This document shows positions 36,918-44,499 of a DNA stretch of 52,979 nucleotides, in pieces (position 1 is the first letter of the stretch; each line of letters opens with the position of its first letter). The position numbers and the translations under genes were made by a program. The notes beneath the pieces are model-generated. The model saw nothing but the letters and a program-made list of their open reading frames with translations, ran no database searches and was not told where the DNA came from. Source of the DNA: Escherichia phage LF82-11; the sequence record PV660454. One strand, 5' to 3'.

Positions 36918-37334
36918 TTATAAATATTTTGCTTCAAATGTTGTGCCGTCTGCGATCGAAAATCCAACCTCCTCGCGGTAAAGGTTCCACGGTGAGCCGT
37001 CCTCGTCAAAGATAAGCCCGGCAACCCCACCAAGCGCCCTGCCTGAATCCACCTGGTAGCGCTTGCCAACCTTAAAGGATTTCTTCATTGGGTTCTTGTG
37101 ATCCAGCGTCATGCACTTCAGGGTTTTAGTTTTCATCTCAACGAATGTTGCAGCAACGACGCCATCCGATGAAACGAAAATATCACCGCTTACGCCAACC
37201 GAAAGCACGATCTTAGCCTTGCCCTTGCCGATTGAAATGTTGCCTTCATCGTCAACTTTCGCCTTATACATGTGGTTAGCGTTGAAGGTTTTAGTTAATG
37301 ACATGGTGCATTTGATCTTGATTGACTTTGACAT
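36918..37334 (-). CDS. tandem-duplicated small-domain protein (paralogue family)
   Basis: two internal copies of the K-x-K-C ... F-K-V-G-K-R-Y module; start moved to ATG 37334 with GAGGAA RBS. Confidence 0.35.
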   Translation of the reverse strand: MSKSIKIKCTMSLTKTFNANHMYKAKVDDEGNISIGKGKAKIVLSVGVSGDIFVSSDGVVAATFVEMKTKTLKCMTLDHKNPMKKSFKVGKRYQVDSGRALGGVAGLIFDEDGSPWNLYREEVGFSIADGTTFEAKYL

Positions 37335-37363
37335 TTTTAGTTCCTCGTTGTTGGTGTGAATGA

Positions 37364-37406
37364 ATAATAACAAAACCCGCCGAAGCGGGTTTAACAAAAA
37401 GTGCTA
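37364..37406 (-). promoter_or_regulatory. box-promoter module (minus)
   Basis: TAGCACTTTTTGTTA on minus strand, 22 bp, TATTAT; box starts at stop of upstream gene. Confidence 0.5.
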
Positions 37407-38096
37407 TTTGTAACGGTTGTACTGGAAGACGGCGCGAGCGAATCCGCGCGGAGTTAGGGAGCGGAGTTGCTTAGTCTTCGCAGACTTTCCGCCGAGGAAC
37501 TTCCAGCCCCAAAAGAAATGCAAGCCTTCCTCTTTTGGTAATGGTGCCTTCTCTGGCTCGCGGAAACCGTTGCCATGCCAGATGCAAGTTTTTTTCGTGT
37601 AGCCGTCTCGCAGTGGCATTTTGGGGTGCCAGGAGCCTTCACGCGCATCGACGTATTGCCCGAAGTCACGAGGATGGAAATAGAATTTAGGCTTGCCCAG
37701 GTTTTCCGGCTTTGACATTGCCCCTACCGGGTTTTCAATCATCCACGGGATCTGGTAGCGTTCGCCAATCTCAATGACAACCTTTGCACACTCAAGCGCA
37801 TATTTCATTTCGGCGTCGTCTCTCTCGTGCTGCGCGCCAGATTGGGCAAACAGAGTGCAATCCGGGAAGCCAAAAACGATATCAGGCTTGGGCAACCCCA
37901 GGATCTCAGCCTTTGTGATGAAATCCTTATCAATCCACGTATTCACATATCGGATATTTGGGTGATTCATCTTCACGGCGTACTCGCCATGATTGCCGGA
38001 GTCAGCGTTGAAGCATATCACCTGACAACCAACCTCAGCCCAAGGCAATCCCATAATGCCGGAGCCGTCAAACAGCGACCATACAACACGCTTCAT
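37404..38096 (-). CDS. compact C5-cytosine methyltransferase-fold protein
   Basis: FDGSG (motif I-like), GFPDC (IV-like), ENP (VI-like), RSLTPRGFARA (IX/X-like); only 230 aa so little room for a target-recognition domain. Confidence 0.5.
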   Translation of the reverse strand: MKRVVWSLFDGSGIMGLPWAEVGCQVICFNADSGNHGEYAVKMNHPNIRYVNTWIDKDFITKAEILGLPKPDIVFGFPDCTLFAQSGAQHERDDAEMKYALECAKVVIEIGERYQIPWMIENPVGAMSKPENLGKPKFYFHPRDFGQYVDAREGSWHPKMPLRDGYTKKTCIWHGNGFREPEKAPLPKEEGLHFFWGWKFLGGKSAKTKQLRSLTPRGFARAVFQYNRYK

Positions 38097-38314
38097 TCTG
38101 CCACCTCTTCAAATTTAGCCACGCCCAGGATTACCCATCCTTTATGGTGCATAGTAACCGCTTGCCACTCGAATGAGCCGTTGCGGCGCTTCTCATCGCC
38201 AGTGATCACAGCATCACCGCCAACCTTCACGGCATCGTAGATTTTACCTTTCGTGAAGTGTGGCTTTTGCTTCTTATCGGTTGGCGAAACAGCGCCAGTA
38301 CATTTCAGTTTCAT
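38093..38314 (-). CDS. small protein of the MKxKC paralogue family
   Basis: MKLKCT...FTKGKIYDA; ATGA-coupled to methyltransferase-like gene. Confidence 0.35.
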   Translation of the reverse strand: MKLKCTGAVSPTDKKQKPHFTKGKIYDAVKVGGDAVITGDEKRRNGSFEWQAVTMHHKGWVILGVAKFEEVAE

Positions 38315-38323
38315 TGCAGATCC

Positions 38324-38563
38324 TTAAAATGGAATTTCATCTTTGCAAGCTTGACATACTTTCTCAGGCGTGCATGAGCAGTTATAAGCGCAAACAGAAA
38401 CCGGATTATTGCCGATAACCTTGCTTTCTGATTGGTGATCCATTCCACCAAGAGCATCATCAAGCTCTATGCACCCATAGGCAACCATCATTGCCCACTC
38501 GTCGTTAAGCCCGGCATCCTTAGCCGCGCGGTGGCGGCTCCAGAAGTTATTGACGTTCTTCAT
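38324..38563 (-). CDS. Cys-rich small protein
   Basis: 80 aa, C-terminal C-x-n-C cluster; start moved to internal ATG 38563 (5' part of track ORF looks spurious). Confidence 0.3.
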   Translation of the reverse strand: MKNVNNFWSRHRAAKDAGLNDEWAMMVAYGCIELDDALGGMDHQSESKVIGNNPVSVCAYNCSCTPEKVCQACKDEIPF

Positions 38564-38789
38564 TCTCGCGCTCCCGATCCTGATAGCCGATTTCAACGAG
38601 CGCGGAGCCAGCAGCCTCGACGAATTCCATGTTGCAGCACATAAAGAAAAGTTCCTTGTATTGCTGAGGAACATCAAGCGCATCGATAATCTCTCTTGCG
38701 CGATCTTCATCGATATCGTTGCGATATAGCCCGATCTGGCGCGAATGCATACGGAACGTCGCGCCAGCTTCAATCTTGTTGATAGCCAT
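38547..38789 (-). CDS. hypothetical acidic protein
   Basis: 80 aa, protein-like composition, overlaps downstream start. Confidence 0.3.
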   Translation of the reverse strand: MAINKIEAGATFRMHSRQIGLYRNDIDEDRAREIIDALDVPQQYKELFFMCCNMEFVEAAGSALVEIGYQDRERENEERQ

Positions 38790-38792
38790 TTA

Positions 38793-39017
38793 TTAGCTCC
38801 AGGAGTTGATAAACATTGCGTTACCTTCAAGAACCTGAATAACTTCAAACTCACTGTATTTCGTCAGGCCGGAACCTGGGGTTTTGCCAACCACAAAGGA
38901 GCCATCACGGCGAGCGGTAATGCAAATCTGAGTCAGGCCGGATGCGCGATCCAATTTCACGCGAACGGAGCCAGTTTTATCCAGGTGTGCCATGATATTT
39001 GCGGTTTTAACTTTCAT
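38793..39017 (-). CDS. hypothetical protein (MKVK start)
   Basis: 74 aa from ATG 39017 with AAGGAA RBS. Confidence 0.3.
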   Translation of the reverse strand: MKVKTANIMAHLDKTGSVRVKLDRASGLTQICITARRDGSFVVGKTPGSGLTKYSEFEVIQVLEGNAMFINSWS

Positions 39018-39047
39018 CTTCATTTCCTTGTTTGTTGGTGTAACTGC

Positions 39048-39090
39048 ATTATTGCAGATCACGCCGATTTAGTTTTAACAAAAAGTGCTA
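39048..39090 (-). promoter_or_regulatory. box-promoter module (minus)
   Basis: TAGCACTTTTTGTTA on minus strand starting at stop of 39088..39435, then AATAAT-like -10. Confidence 0.45.
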
Positions 39091-39435
39091 TTTGATGCCG
39101 TCAAAGGTTGTGTATTTCAGGTTCACACTGACCTTGCCATCATCGAAATGGAAAGCGGGAGCCTCAAAGCGGATGATGTTATTCATCGTTCCGGCCTCTA
39201 CGTAGCGTCGTGCGCCATTTCTCATGGGGATAACGCTGACTCTCTTTGCCGCATCGAATGGATTTGAAACGCCAAAGTATCGACATACAGCGCCGCGCAA
39301 CGCCTCATCTTCATGCTTATGCATATCACGGATGAGGCGATTTTTAGCGTCCATCATCACATCATAGCTTGCACAGCTAGAGCCGATGTTGCTATATTCG
39401 CGCATTCCGCCAACCTTGAATTGATTGTTGTTCAT
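39088..39435 (-). CDS. hypothetical protein
   Basis: 115 aa, ATGA-coupled to upstream gene. Confidence 0.3.
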   Translation of the reverse strand: MNNNQFKVGGMREYSNIGSSCASYDVMMDAKNRLIRDMHKHEDEALRGAVCRYFGVSNPFDAAKRVSVIPMRNGARRYVEAGTMNNIIRFEAPAFHFDDGKVSVNLKYTTFDGIK

Positions 39436-39680
39436 GGTAACTTTACCTCGTTGTATTCACAGAATTCGATTACATATTCACAGCTATCGGTTGACTCAGT
39501 GCCGCGCAGAACATCACAGCCGCCATCACTACCCAAGAAGGCCGGGCATGAAGCGCACAGCGCGCCGCCGCAATTCGATTCGACGATTGACATTCCGTTA
39601 CACCTTCCGCCGCCGAATCGGTGCGGAAAGTCATAGGCGCGGCAGTCGCACGTAACCTGGTGTCGCTTACGCTTTTGCAT
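39432..39680 (-). CDS. Cys-rich small protein (putative metal-binding)
   Basis: 82 aa with more than 10 Cys in C-x2-C-like spacing. Confidence 0.3.
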   Translation of the reverse strand: MQKRKRHQVTCDCRAYDFPHRFGGGRCNGMSIVESNCGGALCASCPAFLGSDGGCDVLRGTESTDSCEYVIEFCEYNEVKLP

Positions 39681-39891
39681 CTGCCAGCCACTTAGCGTAT
39701 TTTGCGCGCTGATTCATTGAGCAGGTGATCCCCTCTTCCTTCATGTTGCTCGCGCGGTAGATCTCAACCTGTGATTCCGTGTTTAACTTGCCATCACGAA
39801 CGTAAACGGAGCCACGGAAGGTGTGGAAAACTACATCTTTCATGGTTGCAGCCAGCGCCAGGAATTCAGACTTTTTCATCATATGTGCCAT
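39667..39891 (-). CDS. hypothetical protein
   Basis: 74 aa, first gene after box module. Confidence 0.3.
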   Translation of the reverse strand: MAHMMKKSEFLALAATMKDVVFHTFRGSVYVRDGKLNTESQVEIYRASNMKEEGITCSMNQRAKYAKWLADAKA

Positions 39892-39922
39892 TTGCTTATC
39901 TCCGTTTCGTTTTAGTGGTTAC

Positions 39923-39965
39923 ATTATGCCGGGTTTCCGCCCGGCACGTTTAGCAATTAGTGCTA
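39923..39965 (-). promoter_or_regulatory. box-promoter module (minus)
   Basis: TAGCACTAATTGCTA on minus strand, 22 bp with GCCGGG hairpin, CATAAT. Confidence 0.5.
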
Positions 39966-40172
39966 TCAGATTGATTCGATTACCGCGTGGAAATCTTTGC
40001 GGGTTTTGCAGTCTGCCAGGCGTGCATAACATGCTTTAGCGTAGTCAGTATCGGCCTGAGTTTCGAAGATGCCACACTCTTTGGCGATAGCTTTTAATGT
40101 ACGCTTTCCGCTTTCGATATCAGCCTTGATGCCGTTGATGGTGTTGATGTCGATGATGTTAAGAGTTGTCAT
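39966..40172 (-). CDS. hypothetical protein
   Basis: 68 aa ORF. Confidence 0.3.
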   Translation of the reverse strand: MTTLNIIDINTINGIKADIESGKRTLKAIAKECGIFETQADTDYAKACYARLADCKTRKDFHAVIESI

Positions 40173-40209
40173 TTTGCTATCCTTTTGTGTGCTTCGTTTC
40201 GATGGAGTA

Positions 40210-40252
40210 ATAATAGCAAAAGCCAGATCGGGAGTTTTAGCAAAAAGTGCTA
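40210..40252 (-). promoter_or_regulatory. box-promoter module (minus)
   Basis: TAGCACTTTTTGCTA on minus strand, 22 bp, TATTAT. Confidence 0.5.
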
Positions 40253-40314
40253 TTTTCCCGATCCGGCGCGCGGAACATCTGCCCCATGGTTTGGGGTGTT
40301 AACCAGTCAGAGCG

Positions 40315-40743
40315 TCATGCGTAATAAAGCCCTGATGTTAGTTTCTCAACGTCAACCTTCGCCTTGTACGGCTTATCACACCCAAGGCACCAGGCTATAT
40401 AATCAGCGCCATGATCACAAGACGAAATCCAGACGCGCCATTGCTTTGACCCGGCGTGCCAGCGATACAGAACCTTGTAATCCTCACTATGGAAGTAAAC
40501 GCCATCATCATCATCGCGGATGATATGCCCACGCTCAAACAGCTTGAAGCGCTTCACGGTTTCGATGATGTAGCGCGCCTGAGGGTTAGCGCTCCCGGTT
40601 TTGTACACGCGCCCGGCTGACATTTTGCCTTCACTATCACTGATGCGAACCATCGTCATTCCACCATCGACGTGCTGACGGGTAACAGTGGCACCACGGC
40701 TTTTGGCGAACTCCAGCGCCTTGATCAGATGTTTGTTTTTCAC
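40315..40743 (-). CDS. hypothetical protein
   Basis: 142 aa ORF. Confidence 0.3.
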   Translation of the reverse strand: MKNKHLIKALEFAKSRGATVTRQHVDGGMTMVRISDSEGKMSAGRVYKTGSANPQARYIIETVKRFKLFERGHIIRDDDDGVYFHSEDYKVLYRWHAGSKQWRVWISSCDHGADYIAWCLGCDKPYKAKVDVEKLTSGLYYA

Positions 40744-40955
40744 GCTTTATTCCTCGTTAATTTGAAAGTCAATTCAACCTCGCCCACAACCTCCGCCATC
40801 CCATGATTTACCATGTAACGAAACTCTTCATAGGTAAATGCGGTTTGCGCTGGCAGGCCATCCATGATGCGCATACAAGGCAACTCACTGTAGCGCGTCA
40901 TTGGGATCGCGTACTCGCGCCCGGTTGTCTTAATGCGGATAAGTTTCATTTTCAT
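40740..40955 (-). CDS. hypothetical protein
   Basis: 71 aa, ATGA-coupled. Confidence 0.3.
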   Translation of the reverse strand: MKMKLIRIKTTGREYAIPMTRYSELPCMRIMDGLPAQTAFTYEEFRYMVNHGMAEVVGEVELTFKLTRNKA

Positions 40956-41110
40956 TGCGCCTCCATCTCCTCAACTGAACCACAGTACCCTTTCTCATTG
41001 TTGATCTCATCCTCACGAGCAACCGCATCACTCTCTTTAAGCCATACGCTATCAACCTCTGAGTCTCCGCCACTAAAGAACTCGTGACGCATCACAACGT
41101 ATACGATCAT
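40952..41110 (-). CDS. hypothetical acidic protein
   Basis: start moved to internal ATG 41110 overlapping upstream stop. Confidence 0.25.
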   Translation of the reverse strand: MIVYVVMRHEFFSGGDSEVDSVWLKESDAVAREDEINNEKGYCGSVEEMEAQ

Positions 41111-41355
41111 AACCACTCCATTGCTTTGATGATGCACTCTGCCTGTGAGCCGATAAACGAGTTGTCTTTGGTATCAGCTCTCCACTGACGCGATCCTTTT
41201 GCCACCTGGGTGCACGTAATCATAACGCCACCACGATAACCAACCTTGAACGCGTTTGATGTCTTGCCATTACTGCGCTTACGGAAATGGTCAGTAACGA
41301 TTACTCCGTTGTCAGTTGCAGCGTCGATTGCTTGCTGAATGGTTAACTTGCTCAT
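41107..41355 (-). CDS. hypothetical protein
   Basis: 82 aa ORF. Confidence 0.3.
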   Translation of the reverse strand: MSKLTIQQAIDAATDNGVIVTDHFRKRSNGKTSNAFKVGYRGGVMITCTQVAKGSRQWRADTKDNSFIGSQAECIIKAMEWL

Positions 41356-41358
41356 AAA

Positions 41359-41598
41359 TTACCCCTTGATAGTCAGGCCGAAAGCCTCAACCAGAATGTC
41401 ACTTGCAGCGTGCATTTCGCAACGAGCAACCTCACGGTCATCAAAATTCTCTACAGCGTACATCACAACACCACGAGCCTGATCAGCTTCTACAAACTGG
41501 TTGCAACGGTCATTCAGTTCTTTCGCTAACTCAGCGTCAAAATCAGCCGTTACGCCTTCGATAAACTCCGCCTCGGTGATGATGTTCATGTAGCGCAT
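41359..41598 (-). CDS. strongly acidic small protein, first gene of leftward early operon
   Basis: 79 aa with about 19 Asp/Glu versus about 7 Lys/Arg; RBS GAGGAAA. Confidence 0.35.
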   Translation of the reverse strand: MRYMNIITEAEFIEGVTADFDAELAKELNDRCNQFVEADQARGVVMYAVENFDDREVARCEMHAASDILVEAFGLTIKG

Positions 41599-41629
41599 TG
41601 CTGTTTCCTCAGTTCGTTTCGTTGAGATA

Positions 41630-41672
41630 ACTATAGCCGAAACATCCTGAGTGGTTTTAGCAAAAAGTGCTA
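41630..41672 (-). promoter_or_regulatory. box-promoter module (minus), leftward early promoter
   Basis: TAGCACTTTTTGCTA on minus strand, 22 bp, TATAGT. Confidence 0.5.
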
Positions 41673-41690
41673 TTGATTCGATTTATCCAA

Positions 41691-41748
41691 TTATTCCATT
41701 ATTCCAACTATTCTGGAATATTCCTGAATAACCGAATATCTGGAATAG
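41691..41748. repeat. GGAATA/TATTCC iteron cluster including 10-bp palindrome GGAATATTCC
   Basis: TTATTCCA x2 direct, GGAATATTCC palindrome, further GGAATA copies. Confidence 0.55.
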
Positions 41749-41793
41749 TCAAAATGACTATGGCTCTCCGTTCGTTTTAGCGAACAAACGTTC

Positions 41794-41818
41794 GATGTGA
41801 TGTGATGTGATGTGAATG
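41794..41818. repeat. tandem pentamer repeat (GATGT)x4 plus one imperfect copy
   Basis: four perfect tandem GATGT then GAATG. Confidence 0.6.
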
Positions 41819-41831
41819 AGGGTGAGGAGGC

Positions 41832-41845
41832 GATCAGATCTGATC
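41832..41845. promoter_or_regulatory. 14-bp perfect palindrome GATCAGATCTGATC with three GATC sites
   Basis: perfect palindrome, flanked by GGTGAGG/CCTCACC inverted repeat. Confidence 0.6.
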
Positions 41846-41954
41846 CCGAAACTTTTTCCCTCACCGCACGATTTGCTAATGAATTGTCGTGCCTGTAGTT
41901 GTATGTTGTGTTTTACGTTTTCCGTGGAAATCGGTACGCGCTACTACGCGGAAT

Positions 41955-42060
41955 AACAATGTTATGCTTTATATATAGATATATAAGTATATATAAAATA
42001 AAGGTTTTTTATTATATATATTATCTAATTTCATAACACTTTATAACGTGTTGTGTTTGT
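41955..42060. other. AT-rich tract (possible DNA unwinding element)
   Basis: about 100 bp of TATATA-rich sequence in the divergent intergenic region. Confidence 0.4.
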
Positions 42061-42247
42061 TCCGCCGGACGCGGAGTGATTGATATGTTTCGCGGCCTAT
42101 TTATGCCTATATTGTGAAATATGGGTAGGGGGATATATACCCCTCCGAAATCCGCAACAAACGCTTAATACGCACTACAACCCAGCAGGAATGCACCATG
42201 TAGAGGAGATTTTGTTGATAATGGCAATAATCGACACAAATTAATCT

Positions 42248-42276
42248 TGACTACAATTAAGCTTTTCCGCATTATG
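42248..42276 (+). promoter_or_regulatory. sigma70-like rightward early promoter
   Basis: TTGACT, 17-bp spacer, CATTAT. Confidence 0.45.
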
Positions 42277-42307
42277 GCGGCTCAACCAATCAGATGAGGT
42301 ATCACCC

Positions 42308-42805
42308 ATGACACTTGCAGAAGTATTGCGCTATATGGCAACCGAAGCCATGAAATCCCCTGAGAAGGAGATCACCGTGCCAGTGTGGCAAATCCTGGTT
42401 CAGGCACACAATCTGGACGCTGACGAGCGCCGCGCATTACAGGCAGACTTTGACAAGCGCGTTGAGCTGGTAGCAAGTGAGAAGCGCCTGACCAACTCGT
42501 ACATCACCAACACCTGCAACCGCATGAAGGAAATGATCGCGGCTGACCTATCCATCACCACAAAGCGTGGCGAGGACGACGGCGGGAATCGGACGCTCAC
42601 CCTGGGCGTTAAGCCCGGCGCAATGAAGCTGGGCAGTCGGAGCAAGTCGGAGAACATCGCGGCGAAGAATGCAGTGCAGGATTTTGCCCGGCGCATCATG
42701 GAGATTGCCCCAGCACTAGATAGCCTGAGCGATGATCGCGTTGCTGGTGCCGTCGATGGCGTGCGCATGATGAAAGAGCTGATTGCCAGGGAGGCCGGAC
42801 TATGA
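42308..42805 (+). CDS. hypothetical protein, first gene of rightward early operon
   Basis: 165 aa, RBS GAGG; flanked upstream and downstream by GGAATA iterons. Confidence 0.35.
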   Translation: MTLAEVLRYMATEAMKSPEKEITVPVWQILVQAHNLDADERRALQADFDKRVELVASEKRLTNSYITNTCNRMKEMIAADLSITTKRGEDDGGNRTLTLGVKPGAMKLGSRSKSENIAAKNAVQDFARRIMEIAPALDSLSDDRVAGAVDGVRMMKELIAREAGL

Positions 42806-43014
42806 AGCTTCGAATAGCTATCGTTTCCGTTGTGCTGCCATTCAGCGGCGAGCGCAAAAACACATACGCCGTTCAAAAGCGGATCGGCTTCTTCTGGTGG
42901 CAGACGCTTACCCTGTGTGACAGCTTGCCCCAGGCGCGCCACTATGTACGCCACACCCTGGAAGATCGCAGTGGTGAAAAGCTGGTCAAGGTTCTGAATC
43001 GTTATTCCTCTTGA
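42802..43014 (+). CDS. hypothetical protein
   Basis: 70 aa, ATGA-coupled. Confidence 0.25.
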   Translation: MKLRIAIVSVVLPFSGERKNTYAVQKRIGFFWWQTLTLCDSLPQARHYVRHTLEDRSGEKLVKVLNRYSS

Positions 43015-43029
43015 ATGGAATAATTGGAA

Positions 43030-43072
43030 TAGCACGAACTGCTAAAACACCAGATCGGGGCTATGCCATAAT
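43030..43072 (+). promoter_or_regulatory. box-promoter module
   Basis: TAGCACGAACTGCTA preceded by GGAATA x2, 22 bp with GGGGCTAT/ATAGCCC hairpin, CATAAT. Confidence 0.5.
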
Positions 43073-43103
43073 AGCCCTACACCAACAAAACGAGGTTAGC
43101 ACA

Positions 43104-43319
43104 ATGGAAACTGTAACAATCGGCGCTAAGCCGCCATCATTTGACAACTTCCCGTCGCAATTCGTTGAGGATGAATACGGTGACGAAACAGAGGTGTCTT
43201 TAATTCACTCGTCAGGCAACAAGTCTGTACTCATGGAAAGCGGCAACATGATTTTCACGCCAGATCAGGCGCGCGAACTGGCTGCGGCTCTCATCAAGGC
43301 GGCTGAGGTGTGCGAATGA
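43104..43319 (+). CDS. hypothetical acidic protein
   Basis: 71 aa from ATG 43104, RBS GAGG. Confidence 0.3.
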   Translation: METVTIGAKPPSFDNFPSQFVEDEYGDETEVSLIHSSGNKSVLMESGNMIFTPDQARELAAALIKAAEVCE

Positions 43320-43525
43320 AGTTCAAAACTACATACGTATCACCGCGCGCTCGCGTTGCATTCAACCTGCGCAAGGGTATGACATACGACGCTGAGAAGA
43401 TTGGCAATCAGATTTCGGTGCGCGTGCCTATCGGTAGGCTCATCATCAAGCTCCAGGGAGAGAGGTTCATGAGTCGCTCAATGACGGGCGAATTACTCGC
43501 GGCATGGGAGGAAGTGAAAAAATGA
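43316..43525 (+). CDS. hypothetical protein (weak paralogue-family member)
   Basis: MKFKTT...KGMTYDA; ATGA-coupled. Confidence 0.3.
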   Translation: MKFKTTYVSPRARVAFNLRKGMTYDAEKIGNQISVRVPIGRLIIKLQGERFMSRSMTGELLAAWEEVKK

Positions 43526-43830
43526 TGATTTTGAATGACCGAGAGGAGCTACAGGAAGCCGTGAGACTGGCGCTAAAATCAGACGTGCCATTTATCGAAG
43601 TTGTGCTTTGCGTGGCTGCCAGCCTCGATGTACGGCCCCGTGTGGCTGCTTTCATGGTTCACTCTAACACCTTCGATATGGCTGGCACATTCCAGGGTGA
43701 TAAATTCCTTGAATTCTTGATGCAGCTAACCGATAAGTTCGAAGCCATGCATCCTGACCGGATAAGCGCCAGTGGGCAGATCCTGATCGAGGAGTTCACC
43801 AACTTTGTGATTCGCGGTACATGGCGATAG
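43522..43830 (+). CDS. hypothetical protein
   Basis: 102 aa, ATGA-coupled. Confidence 0.3.
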   Translation: MMILNDREELQEAVRLALKSDVPFIEVVLCVAASLDVRPRVAAFMVHSNTFDMAGTFQGDKFLEFLMQLTDKFEAMHPDRISASGQILIEEFTNFVIRGTWR

Positions 43831-43870
43831 CACTTTTTGTTAAACGTGTGCCGGGCTAATCCGGCATACT
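43828..43870 (+). promoter_or_regulatory. box-promoter module
   Basis: TAGCACTTTTTGTTA starting at stop codon, 22 bp hairpin, CATACT. Confidence 0.5.
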
Positions 43871-43900
43871 GTCACCACACCAACCAATCAAGAAGTCAAC

Positions 43901-44179
43901 ATGAAGACGTTAAAAGAGATTTTGGCAGAAATTGACGAGGCTGCGCTCAAGGATAATGACGACGAGGCCACAACAAGCAAGAAGATCCTGACTTGCGGAG
44001 CCACTCACATTGCGCAAGATGCAGACGGCGCAGTATTCGCATTCAGGGGTAAGCCAACCGCCACGAAAATTGAGGATATGACGGAGTGGTTTAGCGGCGA
44101 AAAAGGTGAAGTGCTGTTATTCTGCGCAGACCTGGAAAAGCCAGAAGATTGGACGCAGTGCATTTGGGAGCTGCCATAA
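43901..44179 (+). CDS. hypothetical acidic protein
   Basis: 92 aa ORF. Confidence 0.3.
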   Translation: MKTLKEILAEIDEAALKDNDDEATTSKKILTCGATHIAQDADGAVFAFRGKPTATKIEDMTEWFSGEKGEVLLFCADLEKPEDWTQCIWELP

Positions 44180-44499
44180 TGAAAAAGTTTGTCGGATCGT
44201 GTTTGCTGGTTTCTGTCCTGGCGCTGGCGTTCATCGCTCTCGCAGGGTGTGACGACTCAACCCGCGTGCCTCGTGAGCAGCGTAGCAAGGTGCGGGTCAC
44301 AACGGCTGAATCCGGGCGCGTGCAGGTGCGCAAGATCAGCGAATTCCGTGACGACCTGGCTTATGACAGCTATCGAGGCGTGTACATCATCACGGACACT
44401 GAAACCGGGCAGGAGTTCATAGGCGTTAGCGGTGTTGGTATCAGTGCTATCGGGCAACACAATTGCGGCAAAAACTGCTGGAAGAAAGATGAGAGATAG
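44179..44499 (+). CDS. lipoprotein (Asp at +2, +3)
   Basis: MKKFVGSCLLVSVLALAFIALAGC lipobox then CDD...; start at ATG 44179 overlapping upstream stop. Confidence 0.5.
   Translation: MKKFVGSCLLVSVLALAFIALAGCDDSTRVPREQRSKVRVTTAESGRVQVRKISEFRDDLAYDSYRGVYIITDTETGQEFIGVSGVGISAIGQHNCGKNCWKKDER

Noticed and set aside
38564-38854. 5' two-thirds of track ORF 38324..38854 (-)
   Set aside because: Arg/Ser/Leu-rich segment that overlaps the better gene 38547..38789 in another frame; the real gene probably starts at the internal ATG 38563, which has a GGGAG RBS.
41794-41818. GATGT tandem repeat as a possible CRISPR array
   Set aside because: Repeat unit is 5 bp with no spacers; far too short for CRISPR. 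No CRISPR-like repeat-spacer array is present anywhere in the window.
42400-43035. 211-aa minus-strand ORF antisense to the first rightward early genes
   Set aside because: Arg/Ser/Leu-rich composition, no RBS, antisense to two coupled plus-strand genes with good starts.
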